Shown here in pieces: positions 8,121-17,459 of a stretch of 39,775 nt of DNA. This DNA is from a virus (taxonomy: Duplodnaviria > Caudoviricetes), in the IMG/VR virus record IMGVR_UViG_3300031716_000600, positions 1-39,775 of that record; one strand, 5' to 3'. Every line of letters starts with the position of its first letter. Position 1 is the first letter of the stretch. The translations under genes and the position numbers were made by a program. The notes under the pieces were generated by a model that was given only the letters and a program-made list of their open reading frames with translations, was not told the DNA's origin and did not search any database.

Positions 8121-8814
8121 AGCGCGCCGCGCCACGTTCGATTGCGGCGACCAAGATCGCCGCGTGATGATCGCCAAGGTGCATGTCGCCAAGAAGGAGC
8201 TTGGCCTCCTCGATGACGACTATCGGGCGATGCTGATCCGGGTGACCGGCAAGCCGAGCTCCGCCCAGTGCAGCCCTGCGGAGCTACGCGCGCTGCTCGA
8301 CGAAATGAAGGCGAAGGGGTTCAAGGCCAAGCCCGCGACCGGACGTCGCGGCGGGGCAGCAGCGGCGGCCGATCATCCGGTCGCACGGAAGGCGCGGGCC
8401 TTGTGGGTCTCGCTCCATCACCTGGGCGCGATCGCCAATCCGTCCGAGCAAGCGCTGGAGGCCTTCGCCCGTCGGCAGCTGAAGGTCGCCAAGCTGCAGT
8501 GGGCCGACCAGGCGCAGGGCTACAAGCTGATCGAAGCGCTGAAGGCGATCGGGGAGCGGAACGGCTGGTCGTTCAAGTCGACCTGGAACGACGGTCGGCA
8601 GCCGAGCGTGAAGGTCCTAAAGGTCCGCCTCGTCGAGCGGCTGCAGCAGCTGCTGACCGACGCCGGCATCGCACCGGTTTCGTGGACGCTCCGCCAGCTT
8701 GCCTGGCACCTCGCGGGCATGGAGCGCGAGGGGCCGGTGCCCTTCTGGAGCGAGAGCGATCTCGACCTCCTGGCACGCGCGCTGGGCGACAAGCTGCGGG
8801 AGGCGCGGTCGTGA
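8107..8814 (+). CDS. gemA: GemA / Mu gp16 (DUF1018) family protein
   Basis: IAKVHVAKKELGLLDDDYRAML...KARALW...LIEALK. Confidence 0.9.
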   Translation: MRATEARRATFDCGDQDRRVMIAKVHVAKKELGLLDDDYRAMLIRVTGKPSSAQCSPAELRALLDEMKAKGFKAKPATGRRGGAAAAADHPVARKARALWVSLHHLGAIANPSEQALEAFARRQLKVAKLQWADQAQGYKLIEALKAIGERNGWSFKSTWNDGRQPSVKVLKVRLVERLQQLLTDAGIAPVSWTLRQLAWHLAGMEREGPVPFWSESDLDLLARALGDKLREARS

Positions 8815-9008
8815 GCACGGACAGGGCCGAGCAGCGGGAAGCCGAAACCGGAGACGCTCTGACGACGATGTTGGCCGCGCTGAGGCTTGCCGAGCCGATG
8901 CTCGAGGTCATGCACAGCATGACGATGTCGAAGGAAGCGGAGTTGGCCATGGCCGAAAGGCTGCTCGCCGTCCGCCGCGCCATCGAAGTCGGGATCAAGG
9001 TGCTGTGA
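8811..9008 (+). CDS. Hypothetical protein (65 aa)
   Basis: GGAGG SD, GTG start, and GTGA overlaps on both sides. Confidence 0.6.
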   Translation: MSTDRAEQREAETGDALTTMLAALRLAEPMLEVMHSMTMSKEAELAMAERLLAVRRAIEVGIKVL

Positions 9009-9247
9009 GCGCCACCTGTTTCTACTGCCGGAGCCGTCCGGGACGTGCGGACAGCCCGATCGGAAGTTCGCTTTGCGACAGCTGCTGGCCGCTGAATGGG
9101 CACGTGATCTCCATGCAGGGGGGCCGCGACGCTTGGGCGGCAATCTGCCGGTGCGGATGGCGCTTCGAAGCCTCCATTTCACACGCGGCGCGAGAGCTGG
9201 CCGTTCGCATGCACTGGGAGACCGTGCTCAAACAGGAGCGAGGCTGA
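9005..9247 (+). CDS. Cys/His-rich small protein (putative Zn-binding)
   Basis: CFYC...CDSC...H...CRCG...H; coupled to both neighbours. Confidence 0.6.
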   Translation: MSATCFYCRSRPGRADSPIGSSLCDSCWPLNGHVISMQGGRDAWAAICRCGWRFEASISHAARELAVRMHWETVLKQERG

Positions 9248-9426
9248 TGGCGCAGCGTCTTGTCCGCCCGATCGCCGTGCGCGGCTATTCGGTGGTCTTT
9301 CGCTCGGCCGAGCGCACCGCCTGCCCGGGCTGCGGGCGTTCGCACTGGCTGGTCGGGCGCATACTGGCGGAATGCGCCTTCTGCGGTACCGCCTTGCCGC
9401 TCGAGCAGGGCCGCCGAGGCGGGTGA
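9247..9426 (+). CDS. Zn-ribbon small protein (59 aa)
   Basis: CPGCGRSHW...ECAFCG; AGGAG SD; TGATG overlaps. Confidence 0.7.
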   Translation: MAQRLVRPIAVRGYSVVFRSAERTACPGCGRSHWLVGRILAECAFCGTALPLEQGRRGG

Positions 9427-9821
9427 TGGGCGGCCCCGCGCGCTCGACTGTCTACCAGGAGGTCGCCTCGGCGATCGGCCGGGAGAGTGCGCGCAAGCTG
9501 ATCGAGAAGTTCGGCGGCACCAACCTCTTCATTCCTAAGACCATCGGCGCGCGCCACCCAATTGCCCAGGCGCTCGGCACCGAGACCGCGCGCCAACTTA
9601 GCGAGCTATTCCACGGCACCGAGCTGAACCTTCCGGTCTCCGCGAGCCGACGCCGGGCGGTTCGCAAACTAGCGCAGCAGCCGGGCATGACCCGGCAGCG
9701 GATCGCGCTCGAGACCGGCTACAGCGAGCGCCAGGTCTACCGCATCATCGGCGAGGACGCCGACGTCGGCCAAGGCGACTTGTTCGGCAAGGATGGACAT
9801 AGCGAGCTCGGCTCGGAATAA
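9426..9821 (+). CDS. Mor/C-family transcription activator
   Basis: IGRESARKLIEKFGGTNLFIP...IALETGYSERQVYRII; last gene before the lysis region. Confidence 0.85.
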   Translation: MGGPARSTVYQEVASAIGRESARKLIEKFGGTNLFIPKTIGARHPIAQALGTETARQLSELFHGTELNLPVSASRRRAVRKLAQQPGMTRQRIALETGYSERQVYRIIGEDADVGQGDLFGKDGHSELGSE

Positions 9822-9844
9822 AGGCTCAGCGCGAATCCGGCGAG

Positions 9845-9867
9845 CCCCTGACATTTGTCAGGGAAAG
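9845..9867 (+). promoter_or_regulatory. Late activator site 1 (CCCTGACATTTGTCAGGG) upstream of lysis operon
   Basis: 18-bp inverted repeat within a 23-bp block that matches 23140-23162 at 22 of 23 positions. Confidence 0.75.
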
Positions 9868-9899
9868 GCGGGCGCCTCCACCGGCTTAGACCGGCCGGT

Positions 9900-10472
9900 A
9901 TGGCCTCACTCCTCCCCAAGGCAATCGCAGCGCTGATCGACGGCATTCTTGCCCGAGAGGGTGGCTTCGTCGACCATCCCAGCGACCCCGGCGGCGCCAC
10001 GCGCTTCGGCATCACGCAAAACGTCGCGCGAGCGGCTGGCTATCACGGATCGATGCGGTCGCTGCCAGAGAGCATCGCGCGCGACATCTACCTTGAGCGT
10101 TACGTGGAGGGACCGGGGTTCGGCCGCATCCTCAAAGTCATGCCGCGCCTGGCCGAGGAGCTGGTCGACACGGGCGTCAACATGGGTCCGGCCAAGGCCG
10201 CCGAATTCCTGCAGCGCGCTCTCAACACCTTCAATCGCCGCGGTCGCGACTTCGCCGACATCGTCGTCGACGGCCGGATCGGTCTGGCCACCATGGGGGC
10301 GCTTCTTGCCTTCCAGAAGGCTCGCGGGGCACACGCCGAAGTCGTCCTCCTTCGCCTCGTCGAGGGGCTTCAGGCCGTCCGCTACGTCGAGATCGTGGAA
10401 GGGCGGCCCGCCAGCGAGGACTTCATGTTCGGCTGGATCCTCAACCGCATTGGCAACGTGAAGGGACAGTAA
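9900..10472 (+). CDS. Endolysin, glycoside hydrolase family 108 with peptidoglycan-binding domain
   Basis: EGGFVDHPSDPGGATRFGIT, DTGVNMG, LQRALN...VDGRIG, FMFGWILNRI. Confidence 0.93.
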   Translation: MASLLPKAIAALIDGILAREGGFVDHPSDPGGATRFGITQNVARAAGYHGSMRSLPESIARDIYLERYVEGPGFGRILKVMPRLAEELVDTGVNMGPAKAAEFLQRALNTFNRRGRDFADIVVDGRIGLATMGALLAFQKARGAHAEVVLLRLVEGLQAVRYVEIVEGRPASEDFMFGWILNRIGNVKGQ

Positions 10473-10885
10473 TGCGCCTCTTATCGATCATTTGCGCCGC
10501 GATGTTGCTTGCCTCGTGTGGGTTGGTTGGCGAAGTCGCTAGCGCGCCGCCGCCGCTGTCGCCGCCAGCCTCTGTATCGGCCGGACCAATCGTTACCGCG
10601 CCGCTTCGCGCCACCCAGGTCGACGAGCGCGCGATCAGGCTTGCATACGACAGCGCCGAGGTGCTGCTGACTGCGGTCGATGCCCTAGTCGCGGTGCGCG
10701 CCATCACCCCCGGCAGCCCGCAGGCACTGGCGATCGCGCGGAAGCTGCGCCGAGTCAAAGCCGCGCTCAACGCAGCGCAGCTCGCCCAGCGGGCAGGCAA
10801 TGCGACAAGTTACGAGGCCGCCATTCGCGACGCGCAGGCGGCGTTCGGCGACGCGAAAGCGGCTCTTCAGGAGATCCGGCGATGA
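10472..10885 (+). CDS. Lipoprotein (possible spanin-type lysis accessory)
   Basis: Signal peptide with lipobox LASC and a helical C-terminus; follows the endolysin. Confidence 0.55.
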   Translation: MRLLSIICAAMLLASCGLVGEVASAPPPLSPPASVSAGPIVTAPLRATQVDERAIRLAYDSAEVLLTAVDALVAVRAITPGSPQALAIARKLRRVKAALNAAQLAQRAGNATSYEAAIRDAQAAFGDAKAALQEIRR

Positions 10886-11145
10886 ACCCCCTAAGCCAGC
10901 TGCTCACCGAAGCGAAGAAACTTGCCAGCTCGGCTATCGGGGTGATCGCCGGACCCGCCACCGTGCCAGGAAGGGCGATACAGGCGGCCACAGCCGTGCT
11001 GACGTTGATCGACCAGCTTCGTCCGCTGTTCGACGGCAAGGACGGCGAGGATCTGGAGATCAGCCGGACCGAGCTCGACACGCGCATCCAGGCCGTCAAC
11101 GGTCGCTTCGATCGCACGATCGACACACTTGAGGGTCGCGACTGA
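10882..11145 (+). CDS. Hypothetical protein (87 aa)
   Basis: AGGAG SD; coupled to both neighbours. Confidence 0.65.
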   Translation: MNPLSQLLTEAKKLASSAIGVIAGPATVPGRAIQAATAVLTLIDQLRPLFDGKDGEDLEISRTELDTRIQAVNGRFDRTIDTLEGRD

Positions 11146-12941
11146 TGGCGAAAGCGCCGGTTGTCGACACCCTTACGTACCGCGAGCTGCCGCGCACGGC
11201 CGTGGCGACCGGCAGCGATCTGGTCACGATTCAAGCCGCGGACGGCGGGCCGGTACAGGCCATTTCCCTTAGCCGCCTGTTTGGCAGGCTGGGGCCGGTC
11301 GATATCGTCGTCAACAGCCGGGCCGAGTTGACCCTTGCGCCAGACAATGGCGCATTGGCGATTGTGTGGGGCGACGTCGATCCGGCCAAGCTCGGCTACT
11401 GGGTTAAGGACGGCCCGCCTAACGCCGGCACGTGGGTTCAGAGCAATGTCTTCAAGGGTTCGGGCGCGCCCGGCCGGCCTGGAGACCGTGGGGCCGATGG
11501 CAACACCATCCTTAGCGGCGCGACTCCGCCGGACGCCTCGATCGGCCGCAATGGCGACTTCTACATCAACTTCGGCAGCGCGCCTTGGCTGATCTATGGC
11601 CCGAAGGCAGTTGGGCAGTGGCCGGCGGGGGTGCCGATCGGTGGCAGCGGCGGCGGCGGCGGAACCGGGCCTTCGACGGGCATTCTCGATCCGAATCTAA
11701 CTGCGCCAACGGTTGCCGCCGATCCCGCCAGCCCCGCAAACGGCTCGTCACCGATTTTCTTCGTCGACAGCGACGACACACTCGATGTCGCGCTCGGTTA
11801 TAAGCTCGTCGTTGAATTCCGCGACAAGGCAGGCAACCTCCTTGGCTCGGGCCAGAGCGCTGCGCTTTCCGACGACCCTGATGGCTCCGACCTTGCGCTT
11901 TCCAACCTTAACACGCTCGCCGCTGGCACTCGCCGCTATCGATTCCGCTGGGAACGCACCGATGGCAGCGCGTGGAGCGCCTGGTCCGAGACAGTTATAG
12001 TCGGTCCGGACGACGTCGAGCCGCTCCTGAGCCTGCCGACGAAGGCCGAGGTTGGGGCGACGAGCGCCACCATCGGCTTCACGACCAACGAAGCGGGTCC
12101 GCGCTACACCGTCATCGTTCCGGCCGCTGAGGAAACTCCCGACCCCGTCGAGGTCAAATCCGGGCAGCGCTGGAACGGGACCGCTGCTCCGTTTGTCCAC
12201 ACCGGCGGGGCGGTCGAAGGAGCCAACGCATTCTCAGTTTCCGGCTTCACCGCGCTGACCGCCTACAAGGTTTGCACGGTGGTCGAAGACACCGCGACCC
12301 CGCCCAACCTTTCTGCGGTCCTGGTGGACGTCTTGACCACGGCCTCCTTGGCTCCGGCAACCCTTTGGCAGGGCAGCGCGGGCGTTAACCGTCATGCCGA
12401 CATGGGTATCGATGACACTGGCTTCATTGCGACGAACGCTGCCGGCCAGGGCGCCCCGGCCTTTGTTCGAACCATTGCGTCGCCTCTGCCGACCAAGTTG
12501 AAAGCGGAGTTCACAATCCTGGCGCTCAACTCGGGCAACATCTATTTCGGCATCGCCGAGCTGGCGCAGTCGCTGGCCAATTACCTGAAGCCCGGCAATG
12601 GCTCGGTTCCTGGCTGGTGCATGAGGGTCGGCACGGGAAGCCGCGAGTTCGCCTTCCAAAACGACAGCGGCCTCTACAGCGCCACCGCAGCGGCCATCGG
12701 CGATGTGTGGAACATGGAAGTCGACTTTACCGACATCGACGCCCCGATTGTCTTTCTAGACCGTAAGCCTTCGGCCGGAGCGGCCGCTAACGTGTTGGGC
12801 GGGCTGATGATCGGCTCGCTCGTGCCTGAAGCCCCCTCGCTTGTGGTTGGCATCGACAACGACGCCAGCTTCAAGATCAACAATGGTCAAGAGCCGTGGG
12901 TCATGGCCCCGCGAAGCGGCTTCGTGGGAGCTATGGCATGA
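11145..12941 (+). CDS. Multi-domain fibre/adhesin-like virion protein
   Basis: N-terminal ELP..A..GSDLV.IQ motif, short collagen-like GxxGxxG run, TILSGATPP..IGRNGDFYIN...IYGPK fibre motif, Gly linker, Fn3/Ig-like segments (WSAWS) and a beta-rich lectin/SPRY-like C-terminus. Confidence 0.6.
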   Translation: MAKAPVVDTLTYRELPRTAVATGSDLVTIQAADGGPVQAISLSRLFGRLGPVDIVVNSRAELTLAPDNGALAIVWGDVDPAKLGYWVKDGPPNAGTWVQSNVFKGSGAPGRPGDRGADGNTILSGATPPDASIGRNGDFYINFGSAPWLIYGPKAVGQWPAGVPIGGSGGGGGTGPSTGILDPNLTAPTVAADPASPANGSSPIFFVDSDDTLDVALGYKLVVEFRDKAGNLLGSGQSAALSDDPDGSDLALSNLNTLAAGTRRYRFRWERTDGSAWSAWSETVIVGPDDVEPLLSLPTKAEVGATSATIGFTTNEAGPRYTVIVPAAEETPDPVEVKSGQRWNGTAAPFVHTGGAVEGANAFSVSGFTALTAYKVCTVVEDTATPPNLSAVLVDVLTTASLAPATLWQGSAGVNRHADMGIDDTGFIATNAAGQGAPAFVRTIASPLPTKLKAEFTILALNSGNIYFGIAELAQSLANYLKPGNGSVPGWCMRVGTGSREFAFQNDSGLYSATAAAIGDVWNMEVDFTDIDAPIVFLDRKPSAGAAANVLGGLMIGSLVPEAPSLVVGIDNDASFKINNGQEPWVMAPRSGFVGAMA

Positions 12942-15355
12942 GGAAAGGCAACACCCGGCTTTTCAGCACGATCATCAGCACGAAGGTCGTCGGCGCCGGC
13001 GGCTATGTCACCGGCCTCGATGGCGCGGCAGACGGCACCTTGATTGGTCGCTGCGACACGGCGGGGGCTTTTATCCTTGGCCCGAACGCGAGCGAATGGG
13101 TTCCTGCCTTTGTGCCTGGCGTCACGATAGCCGCGGCCGACGTAAGCGCTGACTACGGCATCAACGTTTTCGATGCTGCGGTCTGCTGGTCGGATAGCGG
13201 TTACATGCAGCAAGTCACGATGGGCAATCTGTGGCGCAAGGCGCCGGGCCTGAATTGGGCGAAGACCCCATTCCCGCGCCAGATGGTCAACGGCAACAGT
13301 CACCATCGCATGAACGGCAAGATGCTGGCGATCGACCCAGCTAATCCTGCTGTCGCCCTTTATGGCAACCACCATGGGCGCTATCGGACGACCGACGCCT
13401 GGAACACCCACACCGTCATTCCCAACGCCAGCGTGCCGCTGCCGCTGGTCGCGGGCAACGGCCCCTATCACGACATCATCATCTTCGATCGCTCGTCGCC
13501 TGTGACCGGCTCGGGCGCCACGGTGCGGACGACGGGCATCTTCTGGTTCGTCCCTGGCGCTGGCACCTACCACTCGACCGACGCTGGTGCGACCTGGGTC
13601 TTCATTGGCGGCCCGATCTCGGCGGCAACCGGCCGGGTTCGCCTATCGGACGGGCTGCTGATTCTCACCGGCCTCAACATTCAGGATGATGGCCCGGTCA
13701 GTATCTGGAACGGTTCGGCCTGGATCGCCGGCGCTCGCGCGGATGGCGGCGGCGCGGCTCTGCTTCACACTGTTGAGTTCGATGTGTCAGTGCCGAACCT
13801 CGTCCACGGCATCCAGGATGGCGGCGCGTATTGCAATTCGCTCGATGGCGGCCGGACCTGGGGCGGACTTGTCACCCTCAAGACCGACAACCCGGCCACA
13901 GTCGACATTCCTTGGCAGGTGCAGAATATCAGCTCGCGCGCGATCGGCGACATTCGTCAGCATCCCGTGAACCGGCGCCTGCGCATCTCTTGCGGCATCG
14001 GCTGCTGGGACATGCGGACGCCGCCGACTACCCTCACCGACGAATTCACGACGCCGCCGATTGTTACTCATGGCCTCTCGCTTGGCATTGAGAACATGGT
14101 GACCGGCGCCCTGTTCAATGCGCTCGACGGCACCACTGACGTTACGATGCAGGACAAGCAGCACATGCCGTTTGGTCCGAACGAGATCGGGCGAAAGTTC
14201 ACTAACTCCTATGGCCCCCAGCGCGGAAAAATCGTGCGAGGCATCGCCGCTGACTTCGCACCAGAGGATAGCAAGTTCCTCGCCGTCACACTCGCGGCGG
14301 ATATTGGTGACGACTGCGCTTATTCCGAAGACGGCGGAAAGACGTGGATTGGCCGGCCGCATCTCAAGGCGCTGACGGGCGGCAATGGCGCCGGGCAGAT
14401 TGTCGTCATCAACAAGGACACCTGGATCAGGTGGCAATTCGTCACGCAGGCGAATGACGGCGCAGCGTGGTCGAATGGTCAGCCGGGCGGCGGCGGCGAT
14501 CCAGCGGCGTATCGCATCGCCAATTTGAATGCCTCCATCCGCGGCAAGATTGCGCCCTACATCACTCGCAATGCCCGCGCCGAAAACCCGACCTGGACCG
14601 AGATTGTCATTGGCAGCGGCAATGCCAGCCTTGCGCAGCTCAACAGCAACAGCATCCGCATCTCGATGTTCAAGGATCCGTGGAACCCCACGGAAGTCTA
14701 TCTCTACAACCCCGCCGACGTTGATTTCCCGAACACCGCCGACAGCATTGCCAGCCGCGGCCTATGGCGAATCAAGGTCAATCCCGACGATGTGGCGGTG
14801 ACGCGGCTTCTTGATACTCGCATCTGGTCCAATACGAACAAGGACGCCTTCCATCTCAAGATGCGTCACGGCGGCAAGCCGCGAACGCTATTGATCTGCG
14901 GCGGCGACAACGTCCTCGGCGCCTATCGCGGCGTAGTCACGGGCGACTCTCTCACGCTTACCCCGCTCGGCGGCACCGACAATGTTGGAGCAGGAACCAA
15001 GTTCAACGAGGTCCAGTCGGTCAGCGCCGGCAAGGGGCGGTGGGACAGTGATGAGCCCTGCGCCTACGTCTTGGGATCGCGGGGCACGGTTGACGCACAA
15101 GATAACGGCGTCGATTTCAGCAAGTTCGGGGTTTGGGAAAGCCGCGATCTCTGGACCGCCGCGCCCGGCGAAGAGACTTGGGAGCGGATCGACCAGTTCC
15201 CTGGCAACACCCTGCCAAGCACGACGACCCCGGCCGAGGGCGCGCCTTACAACGACGTGATCGCTTCCATGCACAAATACCGGACGCTGACCTTTACCAC
15301 GGGCGGCATGGGCGCGGTTCATCGGTTTGAGCGGCACCGCCGGAGGGTCCGCTGA
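12938..15355 (+). CDS. GH74 (xyloglucanase)-like Asp-box beta-propeller protein; putative depolymerase
   Basis: GAGGYVTGL...RCDTAGAF at the N-terminus; Asp-boxes STDAGATW, SLDGGRTW, SEDGGKTW; GIENMV...MQD; C-terminal TTGGMG. No signal peptide. Confidence 0.7.
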   Translation: MRKGNTRLFSTIISTKVVGAGGYVTGLDGAADGTLIGRCDTAGAFILGPNASEWVPAFVPGVTIAAADVSADYGINVFDAAVCWSDSGYMQQVTMGNLWRKAPGLNWAKTPFPRQMVNGNSHHRMNGKMLAIDPANPAVALYGNHHGRYRTTDAWNTHTVIPNASVPLPLVAGNGPYHDIIIFDRSSPVTGSGATVRTTGIFWFVPGAGTYHSTDAGATWVFIGGPISAATGRVRLSDGLLILTGLNIQDDGPVSIWNGSAWIAGARADGGGAALLHTVEFDVSVPNLVHGIQDGGAYCNSLDGGRTWGGLVTLKTDNPATVDIPWQVQNISSRAIGDIRQHPVNRRLRISCGIGCWDMRTPPTTLTDEFTTPPIVTHGLSLGIENMVTGALFNALDGTTDVTMQDKQHMPFGPNEIGRKFTNSYGPQRGKIVRGIAADFAPEDSKFLAVTLAADIGDDCAYSEDGGKTWIGRPHLKALTGGNGAGQIVVINKDTWIRWQFVTQANDGAAWSNGQPGGGGDPAAYRIANLNASIRGKIAPYITRNARAENPTWTEIVIGSGNASLAQLNSNSIRISMFKDPWNPTEVYLYNPADVDFPNTADSIASRGLWRIKVNPDDVAVTRLLDTRIWSNTNKDAFHLKMRHGGKPRTLLICGGDNVLGAYRGVVTGDSLTLTPLGGTDNVGAGTKFNEVQSVSAGKGRWDSDEPCAYVLGSRGTVDAQDNGVDFSKFGVWESRDLWTAAPGEETWERIDQFPGNTLPSTTTPAEGAPYNDVIASMHKYRTLTFTTGGMGAVHRFERHRRRVR

Positions 15356-15831
15356 TGATGCAGCCTCCAGCGATCGTTCCCTGGCTTCTGCTGTTGTTTC
15401 GTACCGCCACCGGGGCAGTGCTAGGCGCCGGCATGTCCAGTCTCGCTGCCGCTAGCGCAGGGCCAAGTCTCGGCCCTGGGGAATTCACTCTCTTCGGCTT
15501 GGCAATTCCCCTTATGAGCGCCCTCTTCGGCGTACTGGGGGTTCTACTGGCGCGTCGTGTCGCTCCAATCTCACCGGCCACGGAAAGGCTTGGCCGCTCC
15601 GGAAACGGCGCATTGACGGCTTTGCTGGTTCTCGGTGTCCTGGCACTGGTGATCGCCGGCGAAAAGCGGCCGCTGGTGGCGCTCGGCTGGGCCGTGGGGC
15701 TCGGATATTCGGGGCTCGCCTTCGTCGAGCTGGTGGCGCGAACCGCGCTACTGTTTGCCCGAACCTTTCTTTCGATCGTTGCGCGCAGCTCGTCAGGCGG
15801 TCTCACGCCCGACGACGGCGCGAAGGAGTGA
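15355..15831 (+). CDS. Multi-pass membrane protein, putative holin
   Basis: Three to four hydrophobic helices, located in the lysis-to-terminase interval. Confidence 0.55.
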   Translation: MMQPPAIVPWLLLLFRTATGAVLGAGMSSLAAASAGPSLGPGEFTLFGLAIPLMSALFGVLGVLLARRVAPISPATERLGRSGNGALTALLVLGVLALVIAGEKRPLVALGWAVGLGYSGLAFVELVARTALLFARTFLSIVARSSSGGLTPDDGAKE

Positions 15832-16238
15832 CTATGTTCGGCGTAGACCTCGAGGCAATCCTCGCTCTCATCATCCTGGTCAGCTTCGGCTGGCTCGCCT
15901 TCAAGGGCGGAAAGGCCAATCCCGTGAGCACCGGCGACTTGGAAAAGCGCGTCTACAAAGACATTCACGAGATCAAGAACGAAATGCAGGCGCTCTACGG
16001 TCGCGTGGATAGCTCAGCCAAGCGCAGCGACATCGAGGCGCTGCGGACGGAGATCGCGCAGTCAGCCGGTGAGCGGACGCGTACCGCCAGTCGCGAGCTA
16101 GGCAAAATCCAGGACCAGGTCACCACCGTTTGCCAGAAGGTCGAAGGGATCGAGAAGTCGGCCGATCGGACAGCGGCCGGCGTGGACCGCCTTGAGCGCT
16201 ACTTCCTCGAGCTGGGCATCAAGGGCCGCGACAAGTGA
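15828..16238 (+). CDS. Membrane-anchored coiled-coil protein (Mu gp25-like position)
   Basis: N-terminal TM, coiled-coil body, C-terminal LERYFLE; directly before the gp26-like gene. Confidence 0.6.
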   Translation: MTMFGVDLEAILALIILVSFGWLAFKGGKANPVSTGDLEKRVYKDIHEIKNEMQALYGRVDSSAKRSDIEALRTEIAQSAGERTRTASRELGKIQDQVTTVCQKVEGIEKSADRTAAGVDRLERYFLELGIKGRDK

Positions 16239-16537
16239 GCTACGCCGAGCATCTCGCGGCCGATCGCCGCCTCGCTCTGCTGCAACTGGTCATCGAGGAC
16301 GGCGGCACGTCGAACGATAGCTCGCTGCTGACGGCAATGCGGATGATCGGCCATCGCCAGCATCTCGACCAGGCGGCGCTCCGCGGCCTGCTGAAGGATC
16401 TGGAGGCGCGCGACTGCGTCTCGATCGAGCTGGTGCGCGACACGATCATGGTCGCGAAGGTGACCGAGCGCGGACGCATGGCCGCGGCGGGGGACGTGGC
16501 GATCGGCGGCGTCTCCAATCCGCACAAGGGCCTCTAG
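16235..16537 (+). CDS. Mu gp26-like winged-helix protein
   Basis: MSYAEHLAADRRLALLQL...ND...VAKVTERG...GV..P pattern. Confidence 0.8.
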   Translation: MSYAEHLAADRRLALLQLVIEDGGTSNDSSLLTAMRMIGHRQHLDQAALRGLLKDLEARDCVSIELVRDTIMVAKVTERGRMAAAGDVAIGGVSNPHKGL

Positions 16538-16539
16538 CG

Positions 16540-17109
16540 ATGGACGCCCGGGCGGCGAAGGAGCGCCGGCGCAAGTCGTCGATCGACCGGCTGGATCCGG
16601 AGATCAAGCGGCTGATCGGCGAGCTGCGGATCGACCGCGGCATGACGCTCGACGAGATCCGCGCCGAGCTGATCGCCATGCTGGCGGACAAGGCCCCGTC
16701 GCGCTCCGCCCTCGGTCGGCACGTGAAGTCGATCGAGGAAGTGGGTGAGCAGCTGCGCCACAGCCGTGAAGTGGCCAATGCTCTGGTCGCCCAACTGGGC
16801 GAGGCGCCCGAGGACAAGACGGCCGAGCTCAATATCGAGCTGATGCACGGCATGGTGCTGCGATTGCTGACCAGCTCGGCCGAGGACGGCGGGCCGGTGA
16901 TGCTCGATGCCGAGCAGGGCATGTTCATGGCCCGAACGCTGCAGAGCCTGGCTGGCGCGCGCAAAACCAACCGCGAAATGATCCGTAAGGAGCGCGAGGA
17001 GGCAACCAAAGAAGCGGCTAAGAAGGCCGTGGACGCTGCCAAGTCGAAGGGCCTGTCAGGCGATACCGTCGATTTCATCCGCCGCGCGGTGCTGGGGAGC
17101 GAGGGGTGA
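16540..17109 (+). CDS. Terminase small subunit (Mu gp27 / DUF3486)
   Basis: RKSSIDRL...SRSALGRH...GLSGDTVDFIRRAVLG. Confidence 0.88.
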   Translation: MDARAAKERRRKSSIDRLDPEIKRLIGELRIDRGMTLDEIRAELIAMLADKAPSRSALGRHVKSIEEVGEQLRHSREVANALVAQLGEAPEDKTAELNIELMHGMVLRLLTSSAEDGGPVMLDAEQGMFMARTLQSLAGARKTNREMIRKEREEATKEAAKKAVDAAKSKGLSGDTVDFIRRAVLGSEG

Positions 17110-17459
17110 TGTACGAAAGACTTGGCCTCTTAGCTGCGCTCGCTTTCGGAGGCTTGGGCATGTCTGGGGTGGCCGGCTTCGAGCGGGCACCCGCACGGCC
17201 GCCCTTGTCGCTTGACGAGGAGGAGGAACTTTCAGCCAAGCGGATGCTGCGCAGAGCGCAGCGTCGACGCCAAAGAGAAGCTGCCGCGGCGCGCGCAGCG
17301 GCCGAAGCCGCGGCCGAAGCCGCTCGGCCGAAGTCGCGGCAGGAGCGTCGAGCTATGGAGCGCTCGCTGCCCTCCTACGGTCGCGAGGATTCAACCAAGT
17401 CTCGTCCTCGCTCAAGTAGCCTTGAACGGCTAATCGGCAAGCGGAAGCGCCGCTGGTGA
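17106..17459 (+). CDS. Hypothetical basic protein with N-terminal hydrophobic segment
   Basis: GTGA overlaps with both neighbours; Arg-rich. Confidence 0.55.
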   Translation: MMYERLGLLAALAFGGLGMSGVAGFERAPARPPLSLDEEEELSAKRMLRRAQRRRQREAAAARAAAEAAAEAARPKSRQERRAMERSLPSYGREDSTKSRPRSSSLERLIGKRKRRW

